A stretch of DNA of 64,000 nt from Gemmatales bacterium (GTDB taxonomy: Bacteria; Planctomycetota; Planctomycetia; Gemmatales; HRBIN36), in the NCBI GenBank assembly GCA_039809045.1, contig JBDHUG010000011.1:16556-80555 (forward strand). The letters run 5' to 3'. The translations under genes were made by a program, and so were the position numbers. Below, in pieces: positions 30,445 to 41,023 of the stretch (positions within the stretch are counted from its first letter, which is position 1; each line of letters begins with the position of its first letter). A model generated the notes under the pieces. That model saw only the letters and a list, made by a program, of their open reading frames with translations, had not been told where the DNA came from and did not search any database.

Positions 30445-31164
30445 ATGTCAAGCACGAATACCAACTCGAAACAAAAACTCATTGCCCGTTTTGGGCCAAC
30501 CCTCAAAAAAGAATTGGGCGTACAAGAAACCGAAGCCAGGCCTGTCCTAGAGCAGATCATTTATGCCATCCTCCGCGAAGGATCGAGCCGTGCCAAAGCC
30601 GATCATGGTTTTCAACAGCTGCGTGAACGTTTTTTTGATTGGAATGAAATCCGCGTCAGCACAGCACGCGATGTAGCCCGTGCGCTAACAGGGCTCACTC
30701 ATACCTTTGATCGTGCCAGCCGCATCATCAGCCTTCTGCAACAAGTCTTTGAAACCAGTTACAATTACGACTTGGAAAGCATGCTTAAGAAAGGTCTCAA
30801 ACTAGCAGAAAAGCAGCTTGAGCGCTTTGACTGTTCAACCAACTACACTGTCGCCTTTGTTGTGCAGAATGCCTTGGGTGGGCATGCCATGCCCGTGGAT
30901 GAGGATATGCACCGAACCCTGGTGCGCACTCATTTGGTGTCTGAGAACGACTCCACCAGCACCGCCCAGGGCATACTCGAACATCTCGTCCCCAAAGCCA
31001 AGGGTAGTTGCTTTTCAGAAATGCTCAGCGCCATAGCGCATGACTATTGTTGGGCAAGCAACCCTAAATGCCAAAGCTGCCCCTTGCTGGAATTGTGCCC
31101 GACGGGTCAGGAAAATATAAAGCGGAAATCGACGACCAAAACCAAAGCAAAAGCACGTCCATGA
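30445..31164 (+). CDS. Endonuclease III-like HhH-GPD protein with a 4Fe-4S motif
   Basis: FFDWNEIRVS, MPVD, C-x6-C-x2-C-x5-C (YCWASNPKCQSCPLLELCP). Confidence 0.75.
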   Translation: MSSTNTNSKQKLIARFGPTLKKELGVQETEARPVLEQIIYAILREGSSRAKADHGFQQLRERFFDWNEIRVSTARDVARALTGLTHTFDRASRIISLLQQVFETSYNYDLESMLKKGLKLAEKQLERFDCSTNYTVAFVVQNALGGHAMPVDEDMHRTLVRTHLVSENDSTSTAQGILEHLVPKAKGSCFSEMLSAIAHDYCWASNPKCQSCPLLELCPTGQENIKRKSTTKTKAKARP

Positions 31165-31235
31165 GTCGTGTCAAAGGGTCATAATCATGGCATAGCCGAC
31201 CCATTTTGCCTGGCCTACCAAGCTTTAATCCCAAG

Positions 31236-31264
31236 TTGACAGCCTGATCCATTAAAGTTATAAC
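31236..31264 (+). promoter_or_regulatory. Near-consensus sigma70 promoter of the polysaccharide operon
   Basis: TTGACA-N17-TATAAC. Confidence 0.65.
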
Positions 31265-31295
31265 TTTTCCCATCTTGGCTTGGATGGTGGCTGCA

Positions 31296-31883
31296 ATGCC
31301 CATTTTGCCCAGCGAACCTGCGATAAATCCGGAAGATTTGCTCGCGGGTTTGACTACCGATGCAACCGCACAACATGCAGATGACCCTGCAAAGTGGTGG
31401 GTGCTGCACACCAAGCCCCGACAGGAAAAGGCACTTGCTCGACAATTGATGGAACTGGGGTTAGCCTATTATCTTCCGCTGTTCCCTAAGCGCCATCGCA
31501 TTCGTGGCCGTTTGATGACTGCTTACGTCCCGTTGTTTGATGGGTATGTTTTCCTCTGGGGGTCCATCGTCGAACGACAAAAGGCTTTTCAGACGAATCG
31601 GGTTGTGCAAGCCATTAATGTCAAAGACCAAGATCGTTTAACGCAGGATTTGAAGCAAGTAAAGCGACTGATCGACACGGGTCGCCCGATCATGCCGGTC
31701 AATGCGTTGGAACCAGGAGATGAAGTTGAAATTCGCGTGGGGCCATTAACTGGGCTACGAGGAACGATCATTGGATCTAGCCGGGGTCAACGCTTCATGG
31801 TTAAAGTCGATTTCATCCAGCGTGGTGCTGCGATAGAAATCGAGGATGTCGATCTAATCCCGATTCATGCGAAGGATGATTAG
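31296..31883 (+). CDS. NusG-paralog antiterminator (RfaH/UpxY/LoaP-like)
   Basis: WWVLHTKPRQEK, PLFDGYVF, KOW motif GDEVEIRVGPLTGLRG; first gene of a long operon. Confidence 0.88.
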   Translation: MPILPSEPAINPEDLLAGLTTDATAQHADDPAKWWVLHTKPRQEKALARQLMELGLAYYLPLFPKRHRIRGRLMTAYVPLFDGYVFLWGSIVERQKAFQTNRVVQAINVKDQDRLTQDLKQVKRLIDTGRPIMPVNALEPGDEVEIRVGPLTGLRGTIIGSSRGQRFMVKVDFIQRGAAIEIEDVDLIPIHAKDD

Positions 31884-31899
31884 GCCCGTTTGAAGAATC

Positions 31900-32853
31900 G
31901 TGATCCATCAGGACGATGATTCACCCCTCATGGATGAGGAACGAACTTTGACGCCAACTCTGACGAATTCAACCACTGCCCTGCATTCGACCGTTAGGCT
32001 AACGCCTCCGGCAACTGAGCCCTTCATTCCGCCACTCACCATTCTGGAATCTGCGTCCTTCAGCATTAAACGTCTTGCAACGGAATTGTACACGCATCGC
32101 GAACTGCTGGGTTTCCTGGCCTGGCGCGACGTCAAAGTACGCTACCAGCAGACGGCTCTGGGAGTGCTTTGGGCGCTATTGCAGCCCTTGCTGACTATGC
32201 TCGTTTTTGCCTTATTCTTGGGCCGAGTCGCAGGATTGGTGGCTGCGCCAACCATTCCCTATTCGCTGTTTCTATTAAGCGGTCTGGTTCCCTGGATGTT
32301 CTTTGCCAATGCGCTGATATCGAGTAGTCAAAGCATCGTTGGTAGCCAGCAACTAATAACGAAAGTCTATTTTCCCAGGCTGGCCATACCCTTGTCCGCG
32401 GTACTGGCGTGTGGTGTGGATTTCGTGATCATGATGATCCTGCTGCTAGGTTTCACATTCTTTTATGGCGTATTACTCACATGGACCTCCTTGTTGCTAC
32501 CACTATGCATGCTGGGGATCATGGCCACGGCCGCCGGCATGGGAACCTGGCTAAGTGCTCTGACAGTCGCTTATCGTGATTTTCGGTTCATCATTCCATT
32601 CATGGTGCAAATAGGCATGTTTCTCACGCCCGTGGTTTACGGATGGGAGCAAATGCCTTCTCCATGGAAGTGGTTTTTGCTGGTTAATCCAATGACTGGC
32701 TGGGTTGAAGCATTCAGGGCATGCCTGTTTGAGTCATGGAATTGGCGGGTGAGTGGCATGCTCGCCACGTCGATCGTTCTTACGGCAGGTTTGAATTTAA
32801 GCAGTTGGTATTATTTTCAGCGTGTGGAACGCCGCTTTGCTGACGTGATTTGA
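31900..32853 (+). CDS. wzm: ABC-2 polysaccharide export permease (Wzm)
   Basis: RDVKVRYQQTALG, KVYFPR, YRDF, TPVVY, NPMT, ERRFADVI. Confidence 0.9.
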   Translation: MIHQDDDSPLMDEERTLTPTLTNSTTALHSTVRLTPPATEPFIPPLTILESASFSIKRLATELYTHRELLGFLAWRDVKVRYQQTALGVLWALLQPLLTMLVFALFLGRVAGLVAAPTIPYSLFLLSGLVPWMFFANALISSSQSIVGSQQLITKVYFPRLAIPLSAVLACGVDFVIMMILLLGFTFFYGVLLTWTSLLLPLCMLGIMATAAGMGTWLSALTVAYRDFRFIIPFMVQIGMFLTPVVYGWEQMPSPWKWFLLVNPMTGWVEAFRACLFESWNWRVSGMLATSIVLTAGLNLSSWYYFQRVERRFADVI

Positions 32854-32881
32854 GCATGATGGAATGCGGGAAAGGAACGTC

Positions 32882-34150
32882 GTGAGTTACACAGCACTGC
32901 GAGTGGATCATGTGAGCAAACGTTACCGGTTGGGCACTTCCGCCGGGTACAACACTTTGCGCGAAACAATCATGCATCAACTCCATCGCTGGGTCCGAGG
33001 CAGTAAACCGTCGAACGGCTCCGAAATCGTGGCACTGAAAGACATCTCATTCACGATCGAAGCCGGCGAGGTGGTCGGCCTGATCGGGCGCAATGGTGCC
33101 GGCAAATCGACACTCTTGAAAATCCTCAGCCGTGTCACGGAACCCACACAAGGTCGTGTGGAGTTTCGCGGGCGCGTGGGCAGTTTGCTCGAAGTGGGCA
33201 CAGGGTTCCACCCTGAGTTATCGGGCCGTGACAACATCTTTCTTAGCGGTGCCATATTGGGCATGAAGCGGTCAGACATACGTCGGCGTTTCGACGAAAT
33301 CGTTGCTTTCGCGGAAGTCGAGCGTTTTCTCGACACTCCAGTCAAGCGTTATTCCAGCGGCATGTTTGTGCGTTTGGCGTTTGCTGTAGCTGCCCATTTG
33401 CAGCCGGAGATACTCCTGGTGGACGAAGTACTGGCCGTAGGGGATGCTCGCTTTCAAAAGAAGTGCTTTCAACAAATGCAGGATCGTGCTGCCCAAGGAA
33501 GAACGGTGCTCTTCGTATCGCACAACTTACAGGCCACAACCCGGCTATGTCCCCGCACGATACTGCTTGAGCAGGGCGAAATCATCGCCGACGGTTCCAC
33601 GGTAGATGTCGTTCGCAAATACCTCAACAGTGAAAACGGTACGTCCGCTTGCCGTTTTTGGCCTGAAAACCATGCTGCACCTGGTAATCACGTCCTCCGT
33701 TTGCGTGCTGCTCGGATTCGCGATGAAGCCAATGAAGTCAATGAAGTCATCGACATTCGTCAGGGCATTCGCATCGAGCTGGAATTTGATGTGGCCGAGC
33801 CCGATCACCTGCTGCTGCCGAATTTTCAATTGATCAATGAAGATGGCATATGCGTTTTTGTGACCGGCGATCAGGATGAGCAATGGCGGCAACGACCACG
33901 TCCGCGCGGGCGGTATGTCAGCACGGCATGGGTACCTCGACAATTGCTGAGTGAAGGTCGTTATAGCGTGCAAGTGGCTGTAACGACGTTGGAGCCATTG
34001 GTGGTGCATGCCTGTGAAAGAGATGCTATCGGATTTCAAGTAGTGGATCGACAAACAGGCGATACGGCACGCGGCGAATACGTTGGCCCGATGCCGGGCA
34101 TCATTCGGCCCAAGTTGAAATGGACCACTGACTTCAGGCCTGCAGCCTGA
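32882..34150 (+). CDS. wzt: ABC polysaccharide export ATPase with a C-terminal Wzt domain
   Basis: GRNGAGKST, YSSGM, LVDEVLAVGD, VSH; about 170-aa C-terminal beta domain; GTG start inferred (ORF track gives 32864). Confidence 0.9.
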   Translation: MSYTALRVDHVSKRYRLGTSAGYNTLRETIMHQLHRWVRGSKPSNGSEIVALKDISFTIEAGEVVGLIGRNGAGKSTLLKILSRVTEPTQGRVEFRGRVGSLLEVGTGFHPELSGRDNIFLSGAILGMKRSDIRRRFDEIVAFAEVERFLDTPVKRYSSGMFVRLAFAVAAHLQPEILLVDEVLAVGDARFQKKCFQQMQDRAAQGRTVLFVSHNLQATTRLCPRTILLEQGEIIADGSTVDVVRKYLNSENGTSACRFWPENHAAPGNHVLRLRAARIRDEANEVNEVIDIRQGIRIELEFDVAEPDHLLLPNFQLINEDGICVFVTGDQDEQWRQRPRPRGRYVSTAWVPRQLLSEGRYSVQVAVTTLEPLVVHACERDAIGFQVVDRQTGDTARGEYVGPMPGIIRPKLKWTTDFRPAA

Positions 34151-34177
34151 AGCTCGACGACTGGGGAGGTTCATTGC

Positions 34178-35002
34178 ATGAAAGTGGTAATACTAGCCGG
34201 CGGTTTGGGAACACGTTTAGCTGAGGAGACTGAAGTTCGGCCCAAACCGATGGTCGAAATTGGTGGCCGTCCAATCCTGTGGCATATCCTTAAGCATTTT
34301 GCAGCATACCAGCTGCAAGACTTCTATATTGCCTTGGGTTACAAGGGCGAAGTTATCAAACGCTACTTCCTCGATTATCCGACATTGAATGGCAACCTGA
34401 CGGTGCACACCGGCTCAGGACACTTCGAGGTGCAGCGACCTCAGCGGGATGATTGGATCGTGCATCTGATCGACACCGGCCAAGAGACATTGACCGGCGG
34501 ACGGGTCAAGCGCTTAGAAGCCTGTCTCCGTAGCCAAGGCACCTTTATCGTCACCTATGGTGATGGTGTTAGTGATGTGAATCTGAAAAAGCTAATCGCC
34601 TTTCATCGCAGCGAAAAGCGCCTGGCCACGGTCACGGCCGTGCGCCCCCCTGCACGCTTTGGCGGTTTGCTTTTCGATGGCAATCGCGTGGATCGTTTTA
34701 CTGAAAAGCCTCAGGCAGGCGAAGGCTGGATTAATGGCGGGTATCTGGTATTCGAGCCGGAAGTTTTTGATTATCTCGACAGCGACTTAAGCAGCTTGGA
34801 AGCTCATGCGCTGGAAGCCTTGGCTGCCGATGGTCAGTTATCGGCCTACCGCCACGAAGGCTTCTGGCAGTGTATGGACACGCTGCGTGACAAAAAATGG
34901 CTCGAGTCACTTTGGCAAAGCGGACAGGCACCTTGGTGCATTTGGAATAAACCCATCGCTGGAACTACCCAACATCGTACACGAAAGCGAAAAGCATCAT
35001 GA
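34178..35002 (+). CDS. rfbF: Glucose-1-phosphate cytidylyltransferase
   Basis: [40 protein letters not shown]. Confidence 0.93.
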   Translation: MKVVILAGGLGTRLAEETEVRPKPMVEIGGRPILWHILKHFAAYQLQDFYIALGYKGEVIKRYFLDYPTLNGNLTVHTGSGHFEVQRPQRDDWIVHLIDTGQETLTGGRVKRLEACLRSQGTFIVTYGDGVSDVNLKKLIAFHRSEKRLATVTAVRPPARFGGLLFDGNRVDRFTEKPQAGEGWINGGYLVFEPEVFDYLDSDLSSLEAHALEALAADGQLSAYRHEGFWQCMDTLRDKKWLESLWQSGQAPWCIWNKPIAGTTQHRTRKRKAS

Positions 35003-35991
35003 GTATGTTTTGGCGTGATCGTCCTACTTTCGTCACTGGTGGCACGGGTCTTGTTGGTAGCTGGCTAGTCCCTGCACTGGTGGATGCCGGTGCCGAGGTG
35101 GTTTGCCTCGTGCGTGATTGGGTCCCACAATCACGGCTTCTCAGTGGCCCAGCTGCTCAGCAAATAAAGCTCGTGCGCGGCGACGTTGCCGACCAAGCTT
35201 TGCTTGAACGAACGCTTGGAGAATACGAAATCCGAACTGTCATACACCTGGCTGCCCAAACCATTGTCGGTGTGGCGAACCGGAATCCTGTTTCCACCTT
35301 CGAAAGCAACATCACCGGCACATGGGCTTTGCTCGAAGCTTGCCGTCGTAGCCCGTTGGTCAAGCAAATCGTGATGGCGTCTTCAGACAAAGCCTACGGC
35401 GACCATGAACAACTCCCGTACGACGAATCGACTCCTCTAAGGGGGCAACATCCCTACGACGTGAGCAAATCGTGTGCAGATTTGATCGCACAAGCGTATG
35501 CCAAAACATATGCTTCGCCCGTGGTAATCACTCGCTGCGGCAACTTTTATGGCGGGGGCGATCTGAACTGGAATCGTATTGTTCCAGGAACCATTCGATC
35601 CATCTTGCGAGGCGAACGCCCGATCATCCGTTCAGACGGCTTGGCTCTGCGCGACTATTTTTATGTCGAGGACGGTGCCGCGGCCTATATGATGTTGGCT
35701 GAAAAATTAGCGGAACGGCCTGAACTGCATGGTGAAGCTTTTAATTTATCCACCGAGCAACCGACCAGCGTTCTTGAAATCGTTCATTCAATCACCCAAC
35801 TCATGGGCAGCCATTTGCAACCGGATATTCGCAATGAGGCGACGGGCGAAATTCGGCACCAACATCTCTCGGCCACGAAAGCCCGAACCATGTTGCAATG
35901 GCAGCCACGGTTCACGATGCAGGAAGGCTTGCGGCGAACTATTCACTGGTATAAATCTTTTTTGGGAGGTTACTCATGGAAGGCTGCGTAA
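34999..35991 (+). CDS. NDP-sugar 4,6-dehydratase (CDP-glucose 4,6-dehydratase-like SDR)
   Basis: [33 protein letters not shown]. Confidence 0.8.
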   Translation: MSMFWRDRPTFVTGGTGLVGSWLVPALVDAGAEVVCLVRDWVPQSRLLSGPAAQQIKLVRGDVADQALLERTLGEYEIRTVIHLAAQTIVGVANRNPVSTFESNITGTWALLEACRRSPLVKQIVMASSDKAYGDHEQLPYDESTPLRGQHPYDVSKSCADLIAQAYAKTYASPVVITRCGNFYGGGDLNWNRIVPGTIRSILRGERPIIRSDGLALRDYFYVEDGAAAYMMLAEKLAERPELHGEAFNLSTEQPTSVLEIVHSITQLMGSHLQPDIRNEATGEIRHQHLSATKARTMLQWQPRFTMQEGLRRTIHWYKSFLGGYSWKAA

Positions 35992-37223
35992 CAATCCCAT
36001 GCCGTGGCTGTGGGCATCAACCCATGGAGTTGGTCCTCTCATTAGGTCGGACCCCCCTGGCCAATGCTCTGCCTACGGAAGCACACTTAACGCAAGCAGA
36101 ACCGACCTATCCATTGGAAGTTGCCTTCTGCCCAGCATGCACTCTATTACAACTCACACAAATCGTTCATCCCGAGCATTTATTTCGAGATTACCTTTAC
36201 TTTTCATCCTTTTCGGAAACGATGCTGCGGCACGTCGAACGCTTGGCCAATCGGCTGGTGGACGAACGGTCGCTCAACCGCAACAGTTTGGTGCTTGAAA
36301 TCGCCAGCAATGACGGGTACTTATTGCAATACTACCAATCAGCAGGCATTCCAGTATTGGGCATCGAACCCGCTGCGAACATCGCCAAGATCGCCATTGA
36401 GAAAAAACACATACCCACATGGACTGAGTTTTTCGATGACCAACTCGGTCAGCGTCTTCGCATGGAAGGCCGCTTGGCCGATGTCATCCATGCCAACAAC
36501 GTGTTGGCCCATGTTCCTAATCTGAATGGATTCGTGGCTGGACTGCGACTGGCTGTAAAGGATCAAGGCTTGATTGTCGTCGAAGCTCCCTATGCCAAAG
36601 ACATGATTGATCATGGAGAATTTGACACGATCTACCATGAGCACGTGTTTTATTTCACGCTTACGGCACTGGATCGCCTTTTCCGCAAACACGATTTATT
36701 GATCCATGACGTCGAACGCATGCCAATCCATGGAGGTAGTTTGCGCTTGTTTGCATCGGCGATGAGCGTTAACCCAAATATCCAACCATCCATAAAAACC
36801 CAGCGACTGCTCGAAGATGAGCAAAGTTGGGGAGTTGCTGATATTGGGTTTTATCGCCAATTCGGCCAGCGCGTGGAAGCACTCAAAGGATCATTGCGGC
36901 ATCTGCTTTCCGACCTGAAGCAAGCAGGAAAGCGCATAGCGGCCTATGGAGCTGCAGCCAAAGGTAGCACTCTCTTGAATTACATGGGCATTGGTCGGGA
37001 GACTTTGGATTTTGTGGTCGATCGCAGCACTTACAAGCAAGGACGCTATATGCCCGGCGTGCACGTGCCTATTTTGCCGCCTGAGCAGCTGCTGGAGAAG
37101 CAGCCTGATTTTGTGCTGTTACTCACGTGGAATTTTGCAGATGAGATCATCCAGCAGCAGTCCGAATATCGCCGTCGTGGCGGCCGTTTCATTGTCCCGA
37201 TTCCTCATTTGCGAGTGGCTTAA
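35976..37223 (+). CDS. NDP-hexose C-methyltransferase (Zn-binding N-terminus)
   Basis: CRGC...[37 protein letters not shown]. Confidence 0.88.
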   Translation: MEGCVTIPCRGCGHQPMELVLSLGRTPLANALPTEAHLTQAEPTYPLEVAFCPACTLLQLTQIVHPEHLFRDYLYFSSFSETMLRHVERLANRLVDERSLNRNSLVLEIASNDGYLLQYYQSAGIPVLGIEPAANIAKIAIEKKHIPTWTEFFDDQLGQRLRMEGRLADVIHANNVLAHVPNLNGFVAGLRLAVKDQGLIVVEAPYAKDMIDHGEFDTIYHEHVFYFTLTALDRLFRKHDLLIHDVERMPIHGGSLRLFASAMSVNPNIQPSIKTQRLLEDEQSWGVADIGFYRQFGQRVEALKGSLRHLLSDLKQAGKRIAAYGAAAKGSTLLNYMGIGRETLDFVVDRSTYKQGRYMPGVHVPILPPEQLLEKQPDFVLLLTWNFADEIIQQQSEYRRRGGRFIVPIPHLRVA

Positions 37224-37228
37224 ACAGC

Positions 37229-37798
37229 ATGCAGTTCATCGAACTTGAGATTCCTGGCGCCTGGTTGATCGAAATGGAACCCCATTGCGATGATCGTGGT
37301 TTTTTCGCCCGCATTTGGTGCCAGGAAGAATTTCGGCAGCATGGTCTGTCGACCGCACTTGCACAATGCAGTATCTCGTTCAACCGCAAGCGTGGCACTG
37401 TGCGCGGCATGCACTATCAAGACGCACCTCACGAAGAAGCCAAACTCGTCCGCTGCACTCAGGGTGTTATTTATGATGTGATCTTGGACCTTCGCCTCGA
37501 TTCCACTACCCGCGGTTCATGGCGCGCTGTCGAGTTGTCAGCCCAGAATCATCGCATGGTGTACATTCCGCAGGGTTGTGCCCATGGTTTTCAAACATTG
37601 ACGGATGCTACCGAGGTTATGTACCAGATTTCCACCGCGTATCATCCTGAGTCGGCCCGTGGCGTCCGCTGGAATGATCCAGCATTTGGTATTCGTTGGC
37701 CTATTGATGAAATCGTTATCTCAGATCGCGATCGACAGTTTCCCCTTTGGCCAAACCATCAGGCACCTGCAACGACGACCCTTCGGAGGGCAAGTTGA
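37229..37798 (+). CDS. rfbC: NDP-4-keto-6-deoxyhexose 3,5-epimerase (RmlC/RfbC)
   Basis: DDRGFF, RGMHYQ, KLVRC, DLRL, AHGFQTL, WNDP. Confidence 0.92.
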   Translation: MQFIELEIPGAWLIEMEPHCDDRGFFARIWCQEEFRQHGLSTALAQCSISFNRKRGTVRGMHYQDAPHEEAKLVRCTQGVIYDVILDLRLDSTTRGSWRAVELSAQNHRMVYIPQGCAHGFQTLTDATEVMYQISTAYHPESARGVRWNDPAFGIRWPIDEIVISDRDRQFPLWPNHQAPATTTLRRAS

Positions 37799-38931
37799 TG
37801 TCGAATTTGACTTATCGCAACATACGACCAACGGACCGCGAAAGCCTGACTGAACTCTATCGCGAACACTATTGGCGACCGCATTGTGTCTTGATGAATC
37901 CATCGCTTTACCGCTGGCAATTGGAACAACCACCGGAAAGTCGACGCAAAGGAGGCGATCAGTCGATTGTGGCTGTCGATAAACTTGGCCGCGTTGTGGC
38001 TGCCTTATCGTTGTTCCCCATGAGTGTTTGGAACCATGGAACCGAGCGGACTGGCGTGCATCTGATCAGTTGCCTCAATCACCCAGAAGTACGAGGTCAG
38101 GGCGTTGGCTCAACCATTGTGGCCATGATGTGTGATCGTTATGCCTTCCGGATGGGACGCTCACTCTCACCTGCATCCCAGTCCGTGTATGCCAAGTTTG
38201 ACTTTCGTTATTTACAACACTCGCAACGCTGGTTAGCCATCTTGGATGCCGATCGTGCGGCTCCTCTGGTCATCGAACCACACGCACAGACGACTAAACG
38301 ATTGAAAGCACGCCAAGTTCAGCGTGTATCACCGCGCCATTATCAAGTGAGCAATCGGCCGCCGACCGGAGCGGGCAGCTTGACTTGGAAAGTGTTACGT
38401 TCGGCCACGACTTTTGCCCGAACACCTGAATATCTGGTCTGGCGTTATACGCAACATCCCATTCACAATTATCGGTTCATTACATTGGGGCAGGCTTTTC
38501 AGCCCGAAGGCATGGCCGTGGTGCGTTGTGAACAAGTAACGGGACGGCCCGGGCAAGTCCTACGCATTCTCGAGTACATCGCCGAACCCGAACATCAAGT
38601 GGCCCTGGCACATGCCCTCTTTGACTACGGCCGGGAGCAAGGCTGCTGTTATGCCGACTTTTTCGGCATGTCGGAAAAGTTTGTGGCTGGGTTTATCGCG
38701 GCTGGCGGTTTTCATTGGCAGGAAGAACTCATTCGTTTACCCCATCTGTTGCAACCTTGGGATGAGCATGATAGTCCTCCCGGCTGGTTATTTTCGAGTC
38801 CACGCGATCCTTTGACGGGCATCGCCGCCACAGACGATATGTCCAACTATTATGTGACTCGGGGCGATGGCAACATGGATTGGCCTTCTTGGGCCATGAT
38901 GCAAGCCCCTGCCGATACACGTGCTGCTTAA
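37798..38931 (+). CDS. GNAT-fold acyltransferase
   Basis: HPEVRGQGVG acyl-CoA motif; RTPEYLVWRYxxHP second-domain motif. Confidence 0.7.
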   Translation: MSNLTYRNIRPTDRESLTELYREHYWRPHCVLMNPSLYRWQLEQPPESRRKGGDQSIVAVDKLGRVVAALSLFPMSVWNHGTERTGVHLISCLNHPEVRGQGVGSTIVAMMCDRYAFRMGRSLSPASQSVYAKFDFRYLQHSQRWLAILDADRAAPLVIEPHAQTTKRLKARQVQRVSPRHYQVSNRPPTGAGSLTWKVLRSATTFARTPEYLVWRYTQHPIHNYRFITLGQAFQPEGMAVVRCEQVTGRPGQVLRILEYIAEPEHQVALAHALFDYGREQGCCYADFFGMSEKFVAGFIAAGGFHWQEELIRLPHLLQPWDEHDSPPGWLFSSPRDPLTGIAATDDMSNYYVTRGDGNMDWPSWAMMQAPADTRAA

Positions 38932-38946
38932 TGGAAGGAGCTTACA

Positions 38947-39687
38947 ATGGTCCAACAAGGGAATGGTTTAGGCAACAGCATTCAATTGGCTTCCCCGCCG
39001 CAAACTCCTTCAGCTAAATTTCGCACACTCAGCCGCGATTGGCTCGAAGAATCAAGCCGGCATCATTATTCCTACAACTTTACGTGGCTGGGCAGGCCCA
39101 TCATACAGTACCCCCAAGATCTGCTTGCCATGCAAGAAATAATTTGGACGGTTCGACCGCAATTGATTATCGAGACGGGCATCGCTCACGGAGGATCATT
39201 GATTTTTAGTGCGTCGATGTTGCAACTGATCGGCGGTACTGGCCGCGTGTTGGGCATCGACATCGACATTCGGCCGCACAATCGTCAAGCCATCGAGGCC
39301 CACCCCTTGGCTCACCGTATTGACATGCTGCAGGGTTCATCCATTGACGATGACATGATCAAACAAGTGCGCAAACAGGCCCAAGGACGAGGGCCTATCC
39401 TCGTGGTTCTGGATTCCAATCACACTCACGAGCATGTGTTGAGGGAACTTGAGCTGTATTCACCCTTGGTAACGGTTGGCAGTTATCTGGTGGTGTATGA
39501 CACAGCCGTTGAGGATTTAGCACCTGATTTATTCCAGAATCGACCCTGGGGTGTTGGCAACAATCCGAAGACAGCCGTGAAAGCCTTTCTGCAATCGAAC
39601 CAGCGATTTGCAATCGATCATGAACTCGAGATTCGCCTCATGGTCAGCGCGGCCCCAAGCGGCTATCTTCGCTGCATACGCGATTGA
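38947..39687 (+). CDS. CmcI/cephalosporin-hydroxylase-family (rhamnosyl O-methyltransferase-like) protein
   Basis: YSYNFTWLGRPIIQYPQD, IIETGIAHGGS, LDSNHTHEHV, PSGYL. Confidence 0.9.
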   Translation: MVQQGNGLGNSIQLASPPQTPSAKFRTLSRDWLEESSRHHYSYNFTWLGRPIIQYPQDLLAMQEIIWTVRPQLIIETGIAHGGSLIFSASMLQLIGGTGRVLGIDIDIRPHNRQAIEAHPLAHRIDMLQGSSIDDDMIKQVRKQAQGRGPILVVLDSNHTHEHVLRELELYSPLVTVGSYLVVYDTAVEDLAPDLFQNRPWGVGNNPKTAVKAFLQSNQRFAIDHELEIRLMVSAAPSGYLRCIRD

Positions 39688-39734
39688 TGGCGATAGCAGG
39701 AAGCAGTCAGTCGAACAGACAGAAGGAGCAGTTC

Positions 39735-40889
39735 ATGGCCACAGGCAAGCGCATCCCTGTTGCAGGTCCTTGGATAACGGAAAAAGAAATCGCTTACGTC
39801 ACCGAAGCAGCCCAAACCGCCTGGTATGAGCATGCAAATGACTTTCATGTTCGGTTCGAAAAGGCATTTGCAGCGCATTTAGGCATGAAGTACGCAATCA
39901 CTCTGCCCAGTTGCACATCAGCCATACATCTTGCACTCGCAGCTTTGGGCATCGGTCCAGGGGATGAAGTGATCGTGCCGGAATCGACTTGGATCGCCTC
40001 CGCTGCGCCTGTGCATTATGTGGGAGCAAGGCCGGTATTTGCCGATGTTGACCCTGTAACCTGGTGCATCGATGTCACCAGTTGCGCCAAGGTCGTTACG
40101 CCGCGGACCAAAGCGATTATTCCCGTGGATCTCTATGGTGGCATGCCCAATTGGGATGCACTTAAATCATTCGCTAGCGAACATCAGTTGGCGGTCATAG
40201 AAGACGCTGCCGAGGCTATTGGCGCATTCTATCACGACCAGCCCGCCGGGAGCTTTGGCGATGTAGGCGTATTCAGTTTTCACGGCTCTAAAACGCTCAC
40301 CACAGGCGAAGGCGGCATGCTCGTCACCAACGATGATTACATCCGTGATTCAGTATTGAAACTGCGTGATCATGGACGGATTGCTGGTCCTAAACAATTC
40401 TGGAATGGCGAGGTTGCCTTCAAATATAAGATGAGTGCGCTGCAAGCTGCGTTGGGGTTGGCTCAGTTGGAACGGATCGATGAGCTTATGCACCGCAAGC
40501 AACAAATGTTCGCTTGCTACCGTGAGCAATTGCAGCGGTACCCACAGATTCAAATCAATGCCGAACCACCCGGAACCAAAAACGGCTATTGGATGGTGAC
40601 AGCCATCTTTGATTCGGCTATGGGACTTACCAAGGAGGAATGGATGAAGGCATTGGCGGATCATGGCATCGATACCCGCCCATTCTTTTATCCCTTGAGT
40701 TCCTTGCCAGCTTATGCAGAGGAACCCAGTACGCAAGGTGCCCAAGAACGCAATCCGATCAGCTACCATTTAGGTAAGTACGGTCTTAATTTACCTTCAG
40801 CCCTGAATCTATCACCGACTCAAATCGCATATGTCTGTGATACGATTGGCAGGCTTGTCCGGACTCATTCGAAGAAACAAGCCGCCTGA
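39735..40889 (+). CDS. DegT/DnrJ/EryC1/StrS PLP aminotransferase (perosamine synthase-like)
   Basis: SCTSAIH, IEDAAEA, FSFHGSKTLTTGEGG, DTRPFF, NLPS; AAGGAG RBS. Confidence 0.92.
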   Translation: MATGKRIPVAGPWITEKEIAYVTEAAQTAWYEHANDFHVRFEKAFAAHLGMKYAITLPSCTSAIHLALAALGIGPGDEVIVPESTWIASAAPVHYVGARPVFADVDPVTWCIDVTSCAKVVTPRTKAIIPVDLYGGMPNWDALKSFASEHQLAVIEDAAEAIGAFYHDQPAGSFGDVGVFSFHGSKTLTTGEGGMLVTNDDYIRDSVLKLRDHGRIAGPKQFWNGEVAFKYKMSALQAALGLAQLERIDELMHRKQQMFACYREQLQRYPQIQINAEPPGTKNGYWMVTAIFDSAMGLTKEEWMKALADHGIDTRPFFYPLSSLPAYAEEPSTQGAQERNPISYHLGKYGLNLPSALNLSPTQIAYVCDTIGRLVRTHSKKQAA

Positions 40890-41023
40890 TCATCGCCTCT
40901 TGCTTTTACCTATTTTGACTATCTTTCGCTGATTTGTAAGGCGTGGTCAAGTTGAACGACTTGAGCGCCGATAACGAGATTAAGGGCTGCATCATCCATG
41001 CGGCTACCTTGAGGGGGAGCATT

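Noticed and set aside
31165-31295. Possible ops/JUMPstart element before the NusG paralog
   Set aside because: No GGCGGTAG-type ops sequence on the coding strand; only the sigma70 promoter is supportable
33545-34174. 209-aa antisense ORF in wzt
   Set aside because: Fully overlaps a well-supported gene and has no domain signal
35729-36298. 189-aa alternative-frame ORF spanning the dehydratase/methyltransferase junction
   Set aside because: Both underlying genes are intact with their own motifs; no sign of programmed frameshifting
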